A stretch of DNA of 64,000 bases. It comes from Tetramitus jugosus (Eukaryota > Protista > Heterolobosea). The DNA is taken from the NCBI GenBank assembly GCA_937625935.1, contig OW569379.1, positions 124,001 to 188,000 on the forward strand, read 5' to 3'. Shown piece after piece: positions 21,460 through 32,843 of the stretch. Within the stretch, counting starts at the first letter, position 1; each line of letters opens with the position of its first letter. The translations under genes and the position numbers were made by a program. The notes under the pieces were generated by a model, which saw nothing but the letters and a program-made list of their open reading frames with translations, was not told the DNA's origin and did not search any database.

Positions 21460-22839
21460 TTATTTGTTGATTGCAGTGAGAGAGTTGACACCGTCATCCA
21501 TGTTCAAATAAGCCTTGTCAAACTTGTGTAATCGCACATAACCGTCCTCACCACCAGATGCGAAACCAAGACCATCAGGAGTGTAGGCCAAAATGTGAAT
21601 AGGACCAAAATGACCTCTCACCTTACCAATCTCCTCCTCAAACACCATGTGGAAGAATCGTATATCGAAATAAGTACTCTTACCAAGTGTAGTGGTCACA
21701 TCTCTCGAGTCTGTACCTCCTCCAAGAATGACATGCATCTTATTTGGTGAGATGGCTGCGCTGTTCACTGGTTCAGTAGACTTGTAAGTCTTGATCAATT
21801 CCAATGTTGTGGTGTGGAACAATTTTGCAGTGTTATCAGTGGATGAACTGATAAAGAGCAACTTGTCCTTGGAGAGAGAAATCTTTGTGACAGCCAATCT
21901 GTGTTCCTTGACTTGACCCAAGCATTGACCAGAGTTGGTATCGTAGAGACGAACGGAACCGTCGTCACAACCGCAGACAATCTTTTCGTTCAATGGACCC
22001 CACATGGCACATGTAATCTTTTCATTTTGTTGTATCTTAAGAGAGGCAATGTGGCCTATTGTTGGTTATTGTTATTATTAGTATTAGTATTAGTATTATT
22101 GGTGATTATGATATTATTGATGATTAATTCATTTGTTTTCACACGCAATGCGTCCAAAAAAAAGCATTTTTAAATCGATTGATCAATGAAAAAACATGTT
22201 AGCTCTTGTTGTCAATAATCACATAAAAACAACATAATCATTCTGAAAACATACGTTTTCCACGATCATCATAATCATTGTCTTCCATGGCAGCTTGTGG
22301 AATATTGAAAATGTGAATAGCAGGAGTGTTTCTATAGGAAGAATCAGTGACGCACAAAAATTGACGATCGCCTTCAGCAAATTGAATGGCTCTCACAGGT
22401 GTATCCAATTGAAATTCAGTAATCTTCTTTCCAGACATCACATCCCATAGTACACACTTGTGATCTGCATTGGCAGAGATCATTCTAGTAGAGTCAGCTA
22501 TAAGTATATATACATATGATCGTGTGGTGTTTCATTTTGAAAGAGATCAACTTGAGTCAGTCTTCATGTTCAACAAGTTGCACTGTAGAGTGCGAAAAAA
22601 AAGGCGCGAAAAAAAGCTTTTTGATTGAAACATGAAATAAACAAAAATCAAAGCATACCTGAAACGTCCAGGCATGTGACAGCACCAGAGTTTTTGTATG
22701 ATCCCAACAATTGACCATCAGAGACTCTCCAAACGGTGCAGAGGGAATCCTTTGAGGAAACAAAGAGCAAATCACCCTCTCTGTTAAATTTCAACCACGT
22801 GATTGGGTTCATGTGGGCGTGCAATAAGAATGGCTTCAT
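21460..22839 (-). CDS. EIF3I: Eukaryotic translation initiation factor 3 subunit I (WD40); 3 exons (22839-22659, 22497-22255, 22055-21460)
   Basis: MKPFLLHAH..ITWLKFNREGDLLF and VRGHFGPIH..FASGGEDGYVRLHKFD. Two GTATG..TAG introns restore the frame. Confidence 0.93.
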
Positions 22840-23403
22840 TTTTTCGTATTAATTCGTGTAAGTGTTGTTGATGTTGATGATGTTTTTGTTGTTCTTTGAT
22901 TTTTTGTGTGTAAAAAGAAATTTTTTTCTTCTTCAACAAAGGCGGGGAAAAAGAGGGACAATCTCGCATGCCAGTTTCACGTCTGAGATTGAGAGTTAGA
23001 TCTCAGAAAAGTTGGTGGTGAATTTTCATCTTTGATTCTCTTTAGCTCTTTATTCGTGTCGCATCAGAATCTTTGGATCTTTCTTTTCTGGATCGAAGTA
23101 GTTGAAGAGCTGTGCTCGAATTCAAACCATCTTGGAGGCGATACAGTCGTATGATTTGCACCTTCTCCTTGTGTTCCGGAAGCAATCGGAATTCACCATT
23201 GGTCAGATCAGATGAACAGCTGCAAAATGCCACCAGGCTTTCTCTTTGGAGTGATGACGTCAGCCCATTTTCCGCCTTACAATGAAAAAAAACTAAATTT
23301 TACCTCTTGTGAAATTCTCCTCTCTGCTTTGGTGGCATGAACATAAGAAACTCTTCCAACACATAGTTCACACAAAAAACAAAACAACAACAACCGAACA
23401 ACA

Positions 23404-25386
23404 ATGATTGATAACGTGACAATTGTGACCAAGGGTGGTCTCGTACTCTGGAGTCACACAACTCATCCATTGACTGGCAACCCAGTGAACGCACTCATTA
23501 GAAACGTGTTGCTCGAATCAAGATCCTCCGAAAAGAGCTACAACTATGACAAGTACGTTCTGAAATGGTCACTCGAAAATGACCTCGATCTCCTGTTTAT
23601 CGTCGCTTATCAAAAAATGATTCCATTGCTCTATGTCGATGAATTGTTGGCACTTGTCAAGCAACAATTTTTGAACAATTTTAAAGATGTGTTGAGTGGT
23701 GCCAAAAAGTCATCTTCATCTTCACAACAATCATCAAACAATAGCAATGGTAGCTCAACAACACAAACACTCAGTCATTATAATTTCTCCGAATTTACGG
23801 AAGAGTACAAGAATATTTTGAGAGCAGTAGAAATGAGAGACAGAGAGAATCGAGCACTCAAGAAACAAGGCGCTTTCCAAAAGCAAACCGTGTCGGAGCG
23901 ATTGAGAAGTGAAAAACAAATTCAAAAAGAAAAGGAAAAAAAATTGGCGCGAGATCAGAGACGACGAACAAACAACAATAATAGTGAAGAAGAAGAAGAA
24001 GAGGAGAATAGTGATGAAGACAATGATAGTGACAATAGCAATTCGGATAGTGAGTCACCAACGACGCCTACTCATCAACAAACAAACAATAGAGACAGTT
24101 TGGATGCACAGTCATTGTCTCCATCTGTTCGTAGATCAGGCAGCAAGAGAGAAATGAAAACATTTTCGAAAAAGGATAGTCCAGCGACTGGTAGCAACAG
24201 CAGTGGTAGTAAACCAGTGAAAAAGGCAACCAAGTGGGACGATATGAAGTATACAAAGGCAGCTGCAGATGCGTTGAATGCAAACAAGAAGAATACCAGT
24301 TCGGAGGATGATCAAGTCAATGCATTCATGAATCGATACATGCCAGATCGCAATGCAAGAACCAATATCGATGATGATGATGATGAAAGCAGTTTCAATG
24401 CCAATGATTACAAGTTGCAGGAGAAGGAGGAGAAGAAGACTGGAATCTTTGGATCGTTCTTCAACAATTTGGCCAACGGAAAAACCATTGAAAAGGAAGA
24501 GTTGGGGCCTCTCATGCAAAAGTTTAAGGAGTCATTGATATCAAAGAATGTGGCTGCTGAGATTGCAGAAAAGATTTGTGAGTCTGTTGCTGAAGATTTG
24601 CAGGGAAAGAAGATTGGTGCATTTACGCGATTGCAATCCGAAGTGATACGATCACTGGAGGAGACAATGACTCGAATTCTCACACCAAAGCGCAACATTG
24701 ACATGCTGCGTGATATTATGGCAGCTAGAGAACAGAATAGACCGTATGTGATCACGTTCTGCGGTGTTAACGGTGTCGGCAAGTCAACCAGTCTTTCCAA
24801 GATTTGCTTCTGGTTATTGCAAAACAATCTCAAGTGTCTGATTGCTGCTTGTGATACGTTCCGTTCGGGCGCTGTCGAACAATTGAATGTTCATGCCAAG
24901 TGTCTCAATGTACCAGTATATGATCGCGGTTACGGCAAGGATATCTCTATCGTGGCCAAGGAGGCAATCAACGAAGCAAAACGAAAGAATTATGACGTAG
25001 TGTTGGTTGATACTGCAGGAAGAATGCAAGACAATGAACCACTCATGAAATCATTAACCAAATTAATTTATTTGAACAATCCTGACATGGTATTGTTCGT
25101 AGGTGAAGCTCTCGTTGGTAACGACGGCATCGATCAACTAATGAAATTCAATGATGCACTAAAAAACATTTCCATGGGTGAGAATGCCGCAGCTGTGGCA
25201 CCTGCTAGAGATTTGATCGATGGTATCGTGCTCACAAAGTTTGATACGATTGATGACAAGGTGGGAGCTGCTATATCCATGGTGTACAAGACTGGACATC
25301 CAATCGTGTTTGTTGGTGTTGGTCAGACATATACCGATCTCAAGAAACTGTCCATCAAGTCTGTCGTGAGGTCACTGCTCAACTAA
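23404..25386 (+). CDS. SRPRA: Signal recognition particle receptor alpha subunit
   Basis: SRX N-terminus (TKGGLVLW, NALIRNVLLE), GVNGVGKST, DTFRSGAVEQL, DTAGRMQD, TKFDTIDDKVGAA. Confidence 0.96.
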   Translation: MIDNVTIVTKGGLVLWSHTTHPLTGNPVNALIRNVLLESRSSEKSYNYDKYVLKWSLENDLDLLFIVAYQKMIPLLYVDELLALVKQQFLNNFKDVLSGAKKSSSSSQQSSNNSNGSSTTQTLSHYNFSEFTEEYKNILRAVEMRDRENRALKKQGAFQKQTVSERLRSEKQIQKEKEKKLARDQRRRTNNNNSEEEEEEENSDEDNDSDNSNSDSESPTTPTHQQTNNRDSLDAQSLSPSVRRSGSKREMKTFSKKDSPATGSNSSGSKPVKKATKWDDMKYTKAAADALNANKKNTSSEDDQVNAFMNRYMPDRNARTNIDDDDDESSFNANDYKLQEKEEKKTGIFGSFFNNLANGKTIEKEELGPLMQKFKESLISKNVAAEIAEKICESVAEDLQGKKIGAFTRLQSEVIRSLEETMTRILTPKRNIDMLRDIMAAREQNRPYVITFCGVNGVGKSTSLSKICFWLLQNNLKCLIAACDTFRSGAVEQLNVHAKCLNVPVYDRGYGKDISIVAKEAINEAKRKNYDVVLVDTAGRMQDNEPLMKSLTKLIYLNNPDMVLFVGEALVGNDGIDQLMKFNDALKNISMGENAAAVAPARDLIDGIVLTKFDTIDDKVGAAISMVYKTGHPIVFVGVGQTYTDLKKLSIKSVVRSLLN

Positions 25387-25561
25387 GTCTCTGTAGATAA
25401 AAAATAAAACTGTATTCTCCTTCGTATTCTGATTACTTCATGAGGAACCATCACCCTCCAAACATCCGACATCCAGATTGGCTACCGTCAAAATCAATCA
25501 ACAACAAGAAACAGAAAAAGAATTCAAAAACAACCAACCCAAAAACAAACTCCACCCTCTC

Positions 25562-26899
25562 ATGTCATCCAATCATAACAGACCTTATCGTCTCCTCATT
25601 GAACAAGCATCCCAACTGGTTACCATTACCTCGGATCCCTCTCTACGCTTGAAAAAAGGCAAAGATCAAAATTCGATTCAAATCATTGAGAATGGATCGA
25701 TGATTGTAGGTCAGAATGGAACCATTGTAGCGATTGGTACACATGAGGATCTCCTTCAAGAACATCCGTTCATTAAGGATCACTCTCAGTTCGAAACAGT
25801 GATCAATGCACGTGGCAAGAGTGTGGTGCCTGGATTGGTCGATGGTCACACACATCCAGTGTGGTCCGGTGATCGAACACACGAGTTTAGTATGAAGTTG
25901 AGTGGTGCAACGTACATGGACATTCATAAGATGGGTGGTGGAATTGCGTTTACGGTGAGACACACGAGACAGTCGTCCGAAGAGGAGTTGAGTCACTTGT
26001 TGCAAAAGAGGTTGAGAACCATGTTGCGCAACGGTTCTACTGTTGTGGAAGCCAAGAGTGGTTATGGATTGAATACGGAGACTGAGATGAAAATGCTAAA
26101 GGTAATCCATGCGGTCAACCAAAAGTATGCTGATCGTTTGCCGCACATGATTGCCAATTATTTGGGTGCTCATTCGGTTCCCAAGGCAGACAGTGTGACA
26201 ATGACCGAATATACTCAAATGGTTATTGAAGAACAGATACCAGAGTTGATTCGGTTGAGAGATCAGGGCTTGATTGATCCCAAGTTTATTGACGTGTTCC
26301 ATGAGGAAGGTGTCTTCGATACGGAGAGCACAAGACAGATTCTGTTAGCCGGTAGAGAAAAGGCCAACCTCAAGATTAATTTCCATGGTGACGAGTTGCA
26401 CGCAATGAAGAGTGCAGAGTTGGGTGCTGAGATTGGTGCACTCGGAATCAGTCACTTGGAGATGATTAGTGAAGAGGGAACCAGGCTCATGGCAGAGAAG
26501 GAAATTTGTGCTGTTCTGTTGCCAACAACTGCCTATGTTTTGAGAATTGAATACCCTCCTGCACGTAAGCTCATTGACAGCGGTGTTCCTGTTGTTGTGG
26601 CATCTGATTTCAATCCAAATGCCCATTGCATGAGTTTGCCATTTGTCATGAATCTCAGTTGTGTCAACATGAGAATGACCATGCAAGAGGCATTGGTTGC
26701 TTGTACACTGAATGCTGCTGCCTCCTTGGACTGTAGCGACAAGTATGGCTCACTCACTCGTGGTAAATTTGGAGATTGTGTCATTGTGAACTCTGCCAAC
26801 TGGGAGCACTTGATTTATGAGATTGGAAATTCATCAGACTCTGTCATTAGCAAAGTGATCAAGCATGGCTGTGTTGTCGTCGATAATCCAGAGCTCTAA
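25562..26899 (+). CDS. AMDHD1: Imidazolonepropionase (HutI/AMDHD1)
   Basis: PGLVDGHTHPVW.GDR..EF, GATYMDIHKMGGGI, EAKSGYGL, HGDEL, SHLE, SDFNPNA. ATG at 25562. Confidence 0.95.
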   Translation: MSSNHNRPYRLLIEQASQLVTITSDPSLRLKKGKDQNSIQIIENGSMIVGQNGTIVAIGTHEDLLQEHPFIKDHSQFETVINARGKSVVPGLVDGHTHPVWSGDRTHEFSMKLSGATYMDIHKMGGGIAFTVRHTRQSSEEELSHLLQKRLRTMLRNGSTVVEAKSGYGLNTETEMKMLKVIHAVNQKYADRLPHMIANYLGAHSVPKADSVTMTEYTQMVIEEQIPELIRLRDQGLIDPKFIDVFHEEGVFDTESTRQILLAGREKANLKINFHGDELHAMKSAELGAEIGALGISHLEMISEEGTRLMAEKEICAVLLPTTAYVLRIEYPPARKLIDSGVPVVVASDFNPNAHCMSLPFVMNLSCVNMRMTMQEALVACTLNAAASLDCSDKYGSLTRGKFGDCVIVNSANWEHLIYEIGNSSDSVISKVIKHGCVVVDNPEL

Positions 26900-26995
26900 C
26901 ACTTCATTTCGTAAAATTAAAGTCATTGTTTTTTGTGCTCACTCATCATCTCTTCACACAATAATAATCAAACATTTTTCTCCAAGAACTAAAGA

Positions 26996-27892
26996 CTACT
27001 TTGTGAACCATGAAGGTTCCAACACTGGTGTCTTTGGTTTCATATCAGTCAACGGAGGGCTCACCAATCCGTCCACATGATGAAAATCATACACATCGTC
27101 CACTCTCTTCAACAATCCATCTCTCTCCCACTTGCGCAACTCGTGATCCTTTGTCGCATTCATCGTAATCATCAACTGATTTCGTTCCGCATTCGAATAA
27201 ACTGTTCTAAATCTCTCCTCTAACTGAGTCAATGGAACTTCCAACTTTGCTCCCGTTCTCAAATTGGTTCGTTGAACAGGATCCACCGAAGCAATATACA
27301 CTTGCTTCACGTGCTTTGGTTTTTTTGTAAAGATGGCGCGCGCTTTTATGGCGGGAAACGTATAAGGTGCATCATTGGGATAAGGAATGTAGTGATGCTG
27401 ATAGGACATGGTTCGATCATCACCACTCAAAATCCTTGAGCCAACCATCTTTGATGATGAGCTTTGTGCAGAGGCAGCAGTCACAGATCTCAATCGATAC
27501 TGCTCCATATCACTGGGAGGAGTGAAATAATGAGGTCTTTCACCAAAGTAGGGACTATGGCTCGTAGCAAACGACGTTGGCAGTGAATCACCACGACTTT
27601 TTGTTGATTCACTGATTGTGGATCCTTCATCTGCTGCCAGCAGTTGTTTGCTCTCTGGTGATGATGGTAAGCTACGTGCTTGTGATAGCTTCTTTCGTCT
27701 TGTTGCTTCATTTTGTCGTTGCTTGGCAACGGACCATTGAGCTACAATGTCCCAGACGAGCATGGGTAGAGGCCTGTTGCTCAAGCTACGTTGTCTGTTG
27801 TGCCATTGAGCGCCAAGAAGAGCAGCGATTGCCAACAAGATTGTTTGACCGATCATCTCATACTTCTGTGGATCAAGACACAACAATGACAA
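26996..27892 (-). CDS. Hypothetical protein with N-terminal membrane anchor
   Basis: 298-aa ORF with hydrophobic N-terminus; no known domain recognised. Confidence 0.65.
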   Translation of the reverse strand: MSLLCLDPQKYEMIGQTILLAIAALLGAQWHNRQRSLSNRPLPMLVWDIVAQWSVAKQRQNEATRRKKLSQARSLPSSPESKQLLAADEGSTISESTKSRGDSLPTSFATSHSPYFGERPHYFTPPSDMEQYRLRSVTAASAQSSSSKMVGSRILSGDDRTMSYQHHYIPYPNDAPYTFPAIKARAIFTKKPKHVKQVYIASVDPVQRTNLRTGAKLEVPLTQLEERFRTVYSNAERNQLMITMNATKDHELRKWERDGLLKRVDDVYDFHHVDGLVSPPLTDMKPKTPVLEPSWFTK

Positions 27893-28075
27893 GAGAAAAG
27901 TTTTTGGTCTCGTCGGTGTATTAGCAAGTTCATTGAAAAATCTGAAGCTTTAATTTTTTTGTTGAACCCAACCATTTTTCGGGTCAACCAGGTAAAAAGT
28001 CACAAATTTTTGACAAACAAAAAATCAATCACAAACCTCATTACCCATAACAGCCATAACACTTTTATATTCAAA

Positions 28076-28822
28076 ATGGTAAAGACAGTCGCCGATGTTA
28101 CACCAGTCGTCAAGGCTCCAGAAACCTTGTTGAACAGAAGAAACAGAAACGCCGAAGCTGCAAAGCAAAGAGCTGAGAAGGAAGCTTCCATCAAGAAGAA
28201 GACTAGACAAAACAGAAAGGTTATCGCCAAGCGTGCTGAAAAGTATGCCAAGGAATACCAAACTGAACAAAACAGAGTTGCTCAATTCAAGAGACAAGCT
28301 GCTGCTCACGGAAACATCTTTGTTGAGGGTGAAGCTAAGCTCGCTTTCGTCATCAGAACTAGAGGTTTGAAGAGTGTCAGCCCAAAGGCTAGAAAGGCTC
28401 TTCAATTGTTGAGACTCAGACAAATCAACAACGGTGTCTTCGTTAGATTGAACAAGGCTACCATCAACATGTTGAGACTTGTCGAACCATACATCTCATA
28501 CGGTTACCCAGACCAAAAGTCTGTCTCCGACTTGGTTTACAAGAGAGGTTATGCTAAGGTCAACGGCCAAAGAATCCCAATCACAAGCAATGCTATCATT
28601 GAAGAACAACTCGGCAAATTCGACATTTTGTGCGTTGAAGATTTGATTCACGAAATCTACACTGTCGGTCCACACTTCAAGGAAGCCTCCAACTTCTTGT
28701 GGCCATTCAAGCTGACTCACCCAACTGGTGGTTATGAGTCAATCAAGAAGCACTTTGTTTTGGGTGGTTCTTTCGGTAACCGTGAACAATACATGGTCGA
28801 CCTCATCCAAAAGATGCTCTAA
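28076..28822 (+). CDS. RPL7: 60S ribosomal protein L7 (uL30)
   Basis: APETLL, LQLLRLRQINNGVFV, VEDLIHEIYTVGPHFKEASNFLWPFKL. Highly biased codon usage. Confidence 0.97.
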   Translation: MVKTVADVTPVVKAPETLLNRRNRNAEAAKQRAEKEASIKKKTRQNRKVIAKRAEKYAKEYQTEQNRVAQFKRQAAAHGNIFVEGEAKLAFVIRTRGLKSVSPKARKALQLLRLRQINNGVFVRLNKATINMLRLVEPYISYGYPDQKSVSDLVYKRGYAKVNGQRIPITSNAIIEEQLGKFDILCVEDLIHEIYTVGPHFKEASNFLWPFKLTHPTGGYESIKKHFVLGGSFGNREQYMVDLIQKML

Positions 28823-28884
28823 ATTTGAAGTCTATAAAATGTCATGTTTGTTCTTTCAGTTTTTCGCTCTTTTGACAAATTTAT

Positions 28885-31063
28885 TCAATTTTCATGCAAA
28901 ACAAAAGGTAATTCGCACAATGGCTTGAGGTTTTGGAAGAGATGGGTAGTAATGGACGGCTTGACTAACACAGCATCCTGCTTGTAATACTTTGAGATGA
29001 TTGGCATAAATCTGCGCGAGAATAGTACTGCCAAACTCCTGTGTAGAATCTTGTAGCTGCATGATTCACCAAATCAGTGAGTGGAAAGGAACAATCAAAT
29101 GACAAACAAAAAAAATTCACAAGCATCCACATACTTGAGACAGTAGCACACAAAACTGTTAAACTTTTTTGTACTCAACTCGTCCTTGCTCAAAATCGAG
29201 TACCTCCTTGAATTCACAAGTTCATTGATCGTTTGTACCATACCACTCAGATCATAACTATTTGTTATACTCTGTTGGATATCTGTTGCATTAGCACAGA
29301 ACTCAATGACACTCCAGAAGTGAGAAACACAGCCAGGTGTGAATCTGACGAACCATCCATCGTTTTGATTGAGACCGCAAGATAGCATTTTGAGTAGAAG
29401 GGGACAGAGTATATTCCTGATCAATTGACCTATTCCTGGATTTTGTAATTCATCTCCAATGTCCTCCTATGTCAGCGAAAGTTGGGTTAGTGCCATGACA
29501 TACTTCAAGTACATGTTAGTGCTTGTTACTTACTGCGTCACAACCCATGGAGTCTGTTTTCGAGGCAAAGTAATCCGTAATTGTCTTGACCTGTTTGGTG
29601 AGATCAAGGTTGAGCTTTGCTATCTCCGGACTAAGAAGATTCTCCAAACCAACTGAGTTAGTTCGTGATTTTGAGAAACCAAAATCAAATGAAAAGGAGT
29701 GTTGAATGAATGTGAGGATAGAGAGAATAGAGTCCTTGTGTTGATGAGAGAGCATGAGGGATCCTTCTTCATAACATTCCTCTCGATACAGATCACAACT
29801 TAGTAAGTCTGCGGTCAACTTATGCAAGTATCTCATTTCAAGCAAAAATTTTAGAAACAGTGTACACTTGTGCTCCGTAGAGTGATTTTTGTTTGATAAG
29901 AGTAATCTAACCTCTATTGTAACATGTTAAGAATAAGATATGAGATACAAGAACATACACCGATTGGACATACCCTCTGTGGATTCAAATTCATTGATGA
30001 TGTCCATTCTTTCTATAATTTCAAGGGACTCAAATATTGAATAGAGATTCTTCTGACCTCCCATAAAAGAAGAAACGGGTCTGTTTACGAGTATTGCCTT
30101 GATTCCATACAAGATGGTGTCTACATCGGGAGTTTCTCTACTGAGAATCAATATATGATGATCTAGGGGATTGTCTGGAAACTGGATACATAGTTGATGT
30201 TGCATTAGCTTTAGTAAGTCTTTTCTAAATTCCTTCAGTAGTGGATGATCCATTAATGGAATTCTAGACTCAATGATCTCCAACTGATGAATTTTGTGGA
30301 TACTAGTAGACTCTTGGACTTCGTTTGCTACTGCTTTTGTTGAAGAACAAGTTTCATTAACAAAGTCATTTTCATCGCCAGAACTGGCTTCATTCGATAC
30401 TTGTACGGAGGGAACGCTAAGGTTATTGCTTACAAGATCATCTGTATGACTATCTTCGTGATACTCATCGTACTCTTCGTGGTCATCGGTTCTCAGAGGA
30501 GGTTCAATCTTATTACTATCATGTAAAGAAGTTCTATCAAATTTGTTGTTTTCTTCATACTCTTCATTTTTATCGGGACTGTCACTTGGTACAATCCGAT
30601 CAGATACATCATCCTCGTCGTCATACTCTTCGTACTCTTCCACCTCATCGACATGAACAACATCATCTGTAGTAATATTAGACTTCATTGGAATTTCTTT
30701 CACTATTTCTGCATTCAAAATATGATTGAGTTCATTTCTCTCTACTCGAAACATTGTTTCACCCTCGATGGAACTCAAATTGTTCATGGCCATGGTTTCT
30801 ACATCAATGATCTTAGAATATTTAGCTCTAAATTTCTCAGAGTTGTATCCGACACGAAGTTGATACATAAATTTTAGATAACTCTCTGATTCTTTCCACC
30901 TCTTCAAGTGTTCCGCTTTGTCTTTCAACTCATGTTCCATATTGAACATGTAGTAACCAAGTTCCGAACAATCTTTGAAAGTTTCCATCTTCTCAACCCA
31001 AGAGTTGACACTACCAGGATGCAGCACATCAACAGATCGAAGTCTCGAACTCTTAATCGTCAT
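28885..31063 (-). CDS. Hypothetical protein, 4 exons (31063-29974, 29913-29534, 29466-29135, 29056-28885), acidic middle region
   Basis: Three GT(A)-AG introns (29973-29914, 29533-29467, 29134-29057) join the adjacent ORF fragments in frame. The first two have (C/T)TAAC branch-like motifs. Confidence 0.7.
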
Positions 31064-31172
31064 CACTTTATCCCGTTTTTTCTGTAAATCCTTCCCGATT
31101 TCCCGCTAATTCACACCGATTGAACCTTCTTCAAAAAATCAAACAAAGCAAAAACAATAACAACAAAAAATC

Positions 31173-32603
31173 ATGTTTCATCACTTGATGCGATGCAACA
31201 ACAAGAGCATCATCCACACTCACTCCAAACTATTTCCATTCCTGAATCGATACATTGACTTTTCCTATGCCACTCGCATCTCCAATGCATCTGCAACAAC
31301 AACAATAACGAAAGCGAACATTGATGAAAGTAGTGAAAAGATCTTCAAGCAACAGGTAGGTGCAAAAATGACTCGTTCATCATCATCATCAGAAGAAGAA
31401 GCTCAATCTATAACAAGAGTGAATGTGCTTACTGCAGTAAGCAAAGAAGCAGAAGAAAAGAAGAAGAATACGATGAGGAGGAGGAATATGGTTGGTGGTC
31501 AGGAGGAGTTGAATACTGGGGGAGAAACGAAATCGTTTGATGATTATTTTCAACTCAGTGAAAAAGACCGCCAAAAAGAAATTTCCCGATTGAAGAAACA
31601 AACTCCGACACGCACTACGGAAAATGAAGATGGCGTGATTGAAAATGGTTCTCTTGTGGAAAATGAAGATGGCGAAGAAGAAGACAGTGCTGGTGACAAG
31701 ATACGACTCAATAGGTACTTGGCTCGAATGGGCATGTGCTCCAGGAGACAAGCTGATGAATTGATACAGAATGGTGCAATCAAAGTGAATCAAAAGCCAA
31801 TGACTAACATTGGATGCAAGGTTTCTTCCACTGATATCATCCATATCAACGGTCAATTGATTTCAAGTGAAAAAATGCATGAAAAGCTATTGGAACCAAA
31901 GCTCTATGCATTCAACAAGCCACGTGGGATGCTGTGCAGTCGTATCGATGAAACAAACACCAATCGATTGACCATGTATGATCAATTGTATCGAATGGGA
32001 TTTGGTCATTTGATGAGTGTAGGTCGGTTGGATTACAATAGTGAAGGGCTTCTCCTGTTGACCAATGATGGTGATTTGAAGAGGTATTTGGAGTTGCCTG
32101 ATTCTCACTTGGAGAGAGAGTATTTGGTGCGTGTGCATGGCTATGTGACGCAAGAGCACTTGGATCAGTTTAGGAGAGGTGCATTCAATGTGGATGGAAG
32201 GACCTATGGTGCAATCAAGGCTGAGATTCGATCGCAGACCAATGATCGAACCACGTGGTTGCGTGTCAGCATGTTTGAAGGAAAGAATCGTGAGATTAGA
32301 AAAGTGTTTCAACACTTTAATATGGCGGTGAGTCGGTTGATTCGAATTCGATATGGTCCCTATGATCTAGGTGACATGCAGAAGAGTACATTGAAGACTC
32401 TAAAGGTGAAGCCAGAGTTTGTGAGACACTGCAGCAAGCAGTTTGCTAACATTTTTGAAAAGAAAGAGCAAACAGTGGAAGATGATTCTCGTAGTGATAG
32501 TGGCGAGTTCCAAGAATATTCCACAAGGAAGACAAAGAGTTCATCTCCACCAAGGAATGATAACAACAAAACCTATGATCGAAGGAATAAACGATCACGT
32601 TAA
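31173..32603 (+). CDS. RsuA/RluB-family pseudouridine synthase with S4 domain, probably mitochondrial
   Basis: RLNRYLARMGMCSRRQAD (S4), NKPRG, VGRLDYNSEGLLLLTNDG, EGKNREIR. Transit-peptide-like N-terminus. Confidence 0.92.
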   Translation: MFHHLMRCNNKSIIHTHSKLFPFLNRYIDFSYATRISNASATTTITKANIDESSEKIFKQQVGAKMTRSSSSSEEEAQSITRVNVLTAVSKEAEEKKKNTMRRRNMVGGQEELNTGGETKSFDDYFQLSEKDRQKEISRLKKQTPTRTTENEDGVIENGSLVENEDGEEEDSAGDKIRLNRYLARMGMCSRRQADELIQNGAIKVNQKPMTNIGCKVSSTDIIHINGQLISSEKMHEKLLEPKLYAFNKPRGMLCSRIDETNTNRLTMYDQLYRMGFGHLMSVGRLDYNSEGLLLLTNDGDLKRYLELPDSHLEREYLVRVHGYVTQEHLDQFRRGAFNVDGRTYGAIKAEIRSQTNDRTTWLRVSMFEGKNREIRKVFQHFNMAVSRLIRIRYGPYDLGDMQKSTLKTLKVKPEFVRHCSKQFANIFEKKEQTVEDDSRSDSGEFQEYSTRKTKSSSPPRNDNNKTYDRRNKRSR

Positions 32604-32843
32604 ATTATCTTGAACCATAATTCAGTGTTCGTTTTTTTAAGTCCATCTTATTTAGTTGCTGTCTCGCTAACGAAGTCAATTTGAGCATTTCATGTCACTT
32701 CTTGTGACTCAAGTTTTTGGTGAAAGTTGTAACACCTCCAACGAAAGAAGACAACTGCTCACAGGAAAGCTACGTTCTTATGACCCTAACGAAACAAGCA
32801 GTCATTCTTAGGGACAGATACGCGTAGGACATTCACTGTTTTA

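Noticed and set aside
29467-29533. Stwintron interpretation of the double-motif intron
   Set aside because: Removing the first GT..AG unit leaves GCA|TATGT, which does not recreate a GT donor.
28965-29929. Apparent pseudogene or stop-codon readthrough (in-frame TAA at 29927 and 29516)
   Set aside because: The stops fall inside canonical short introns, within branch-like TAAC motifs, and splicing restores one ORF.
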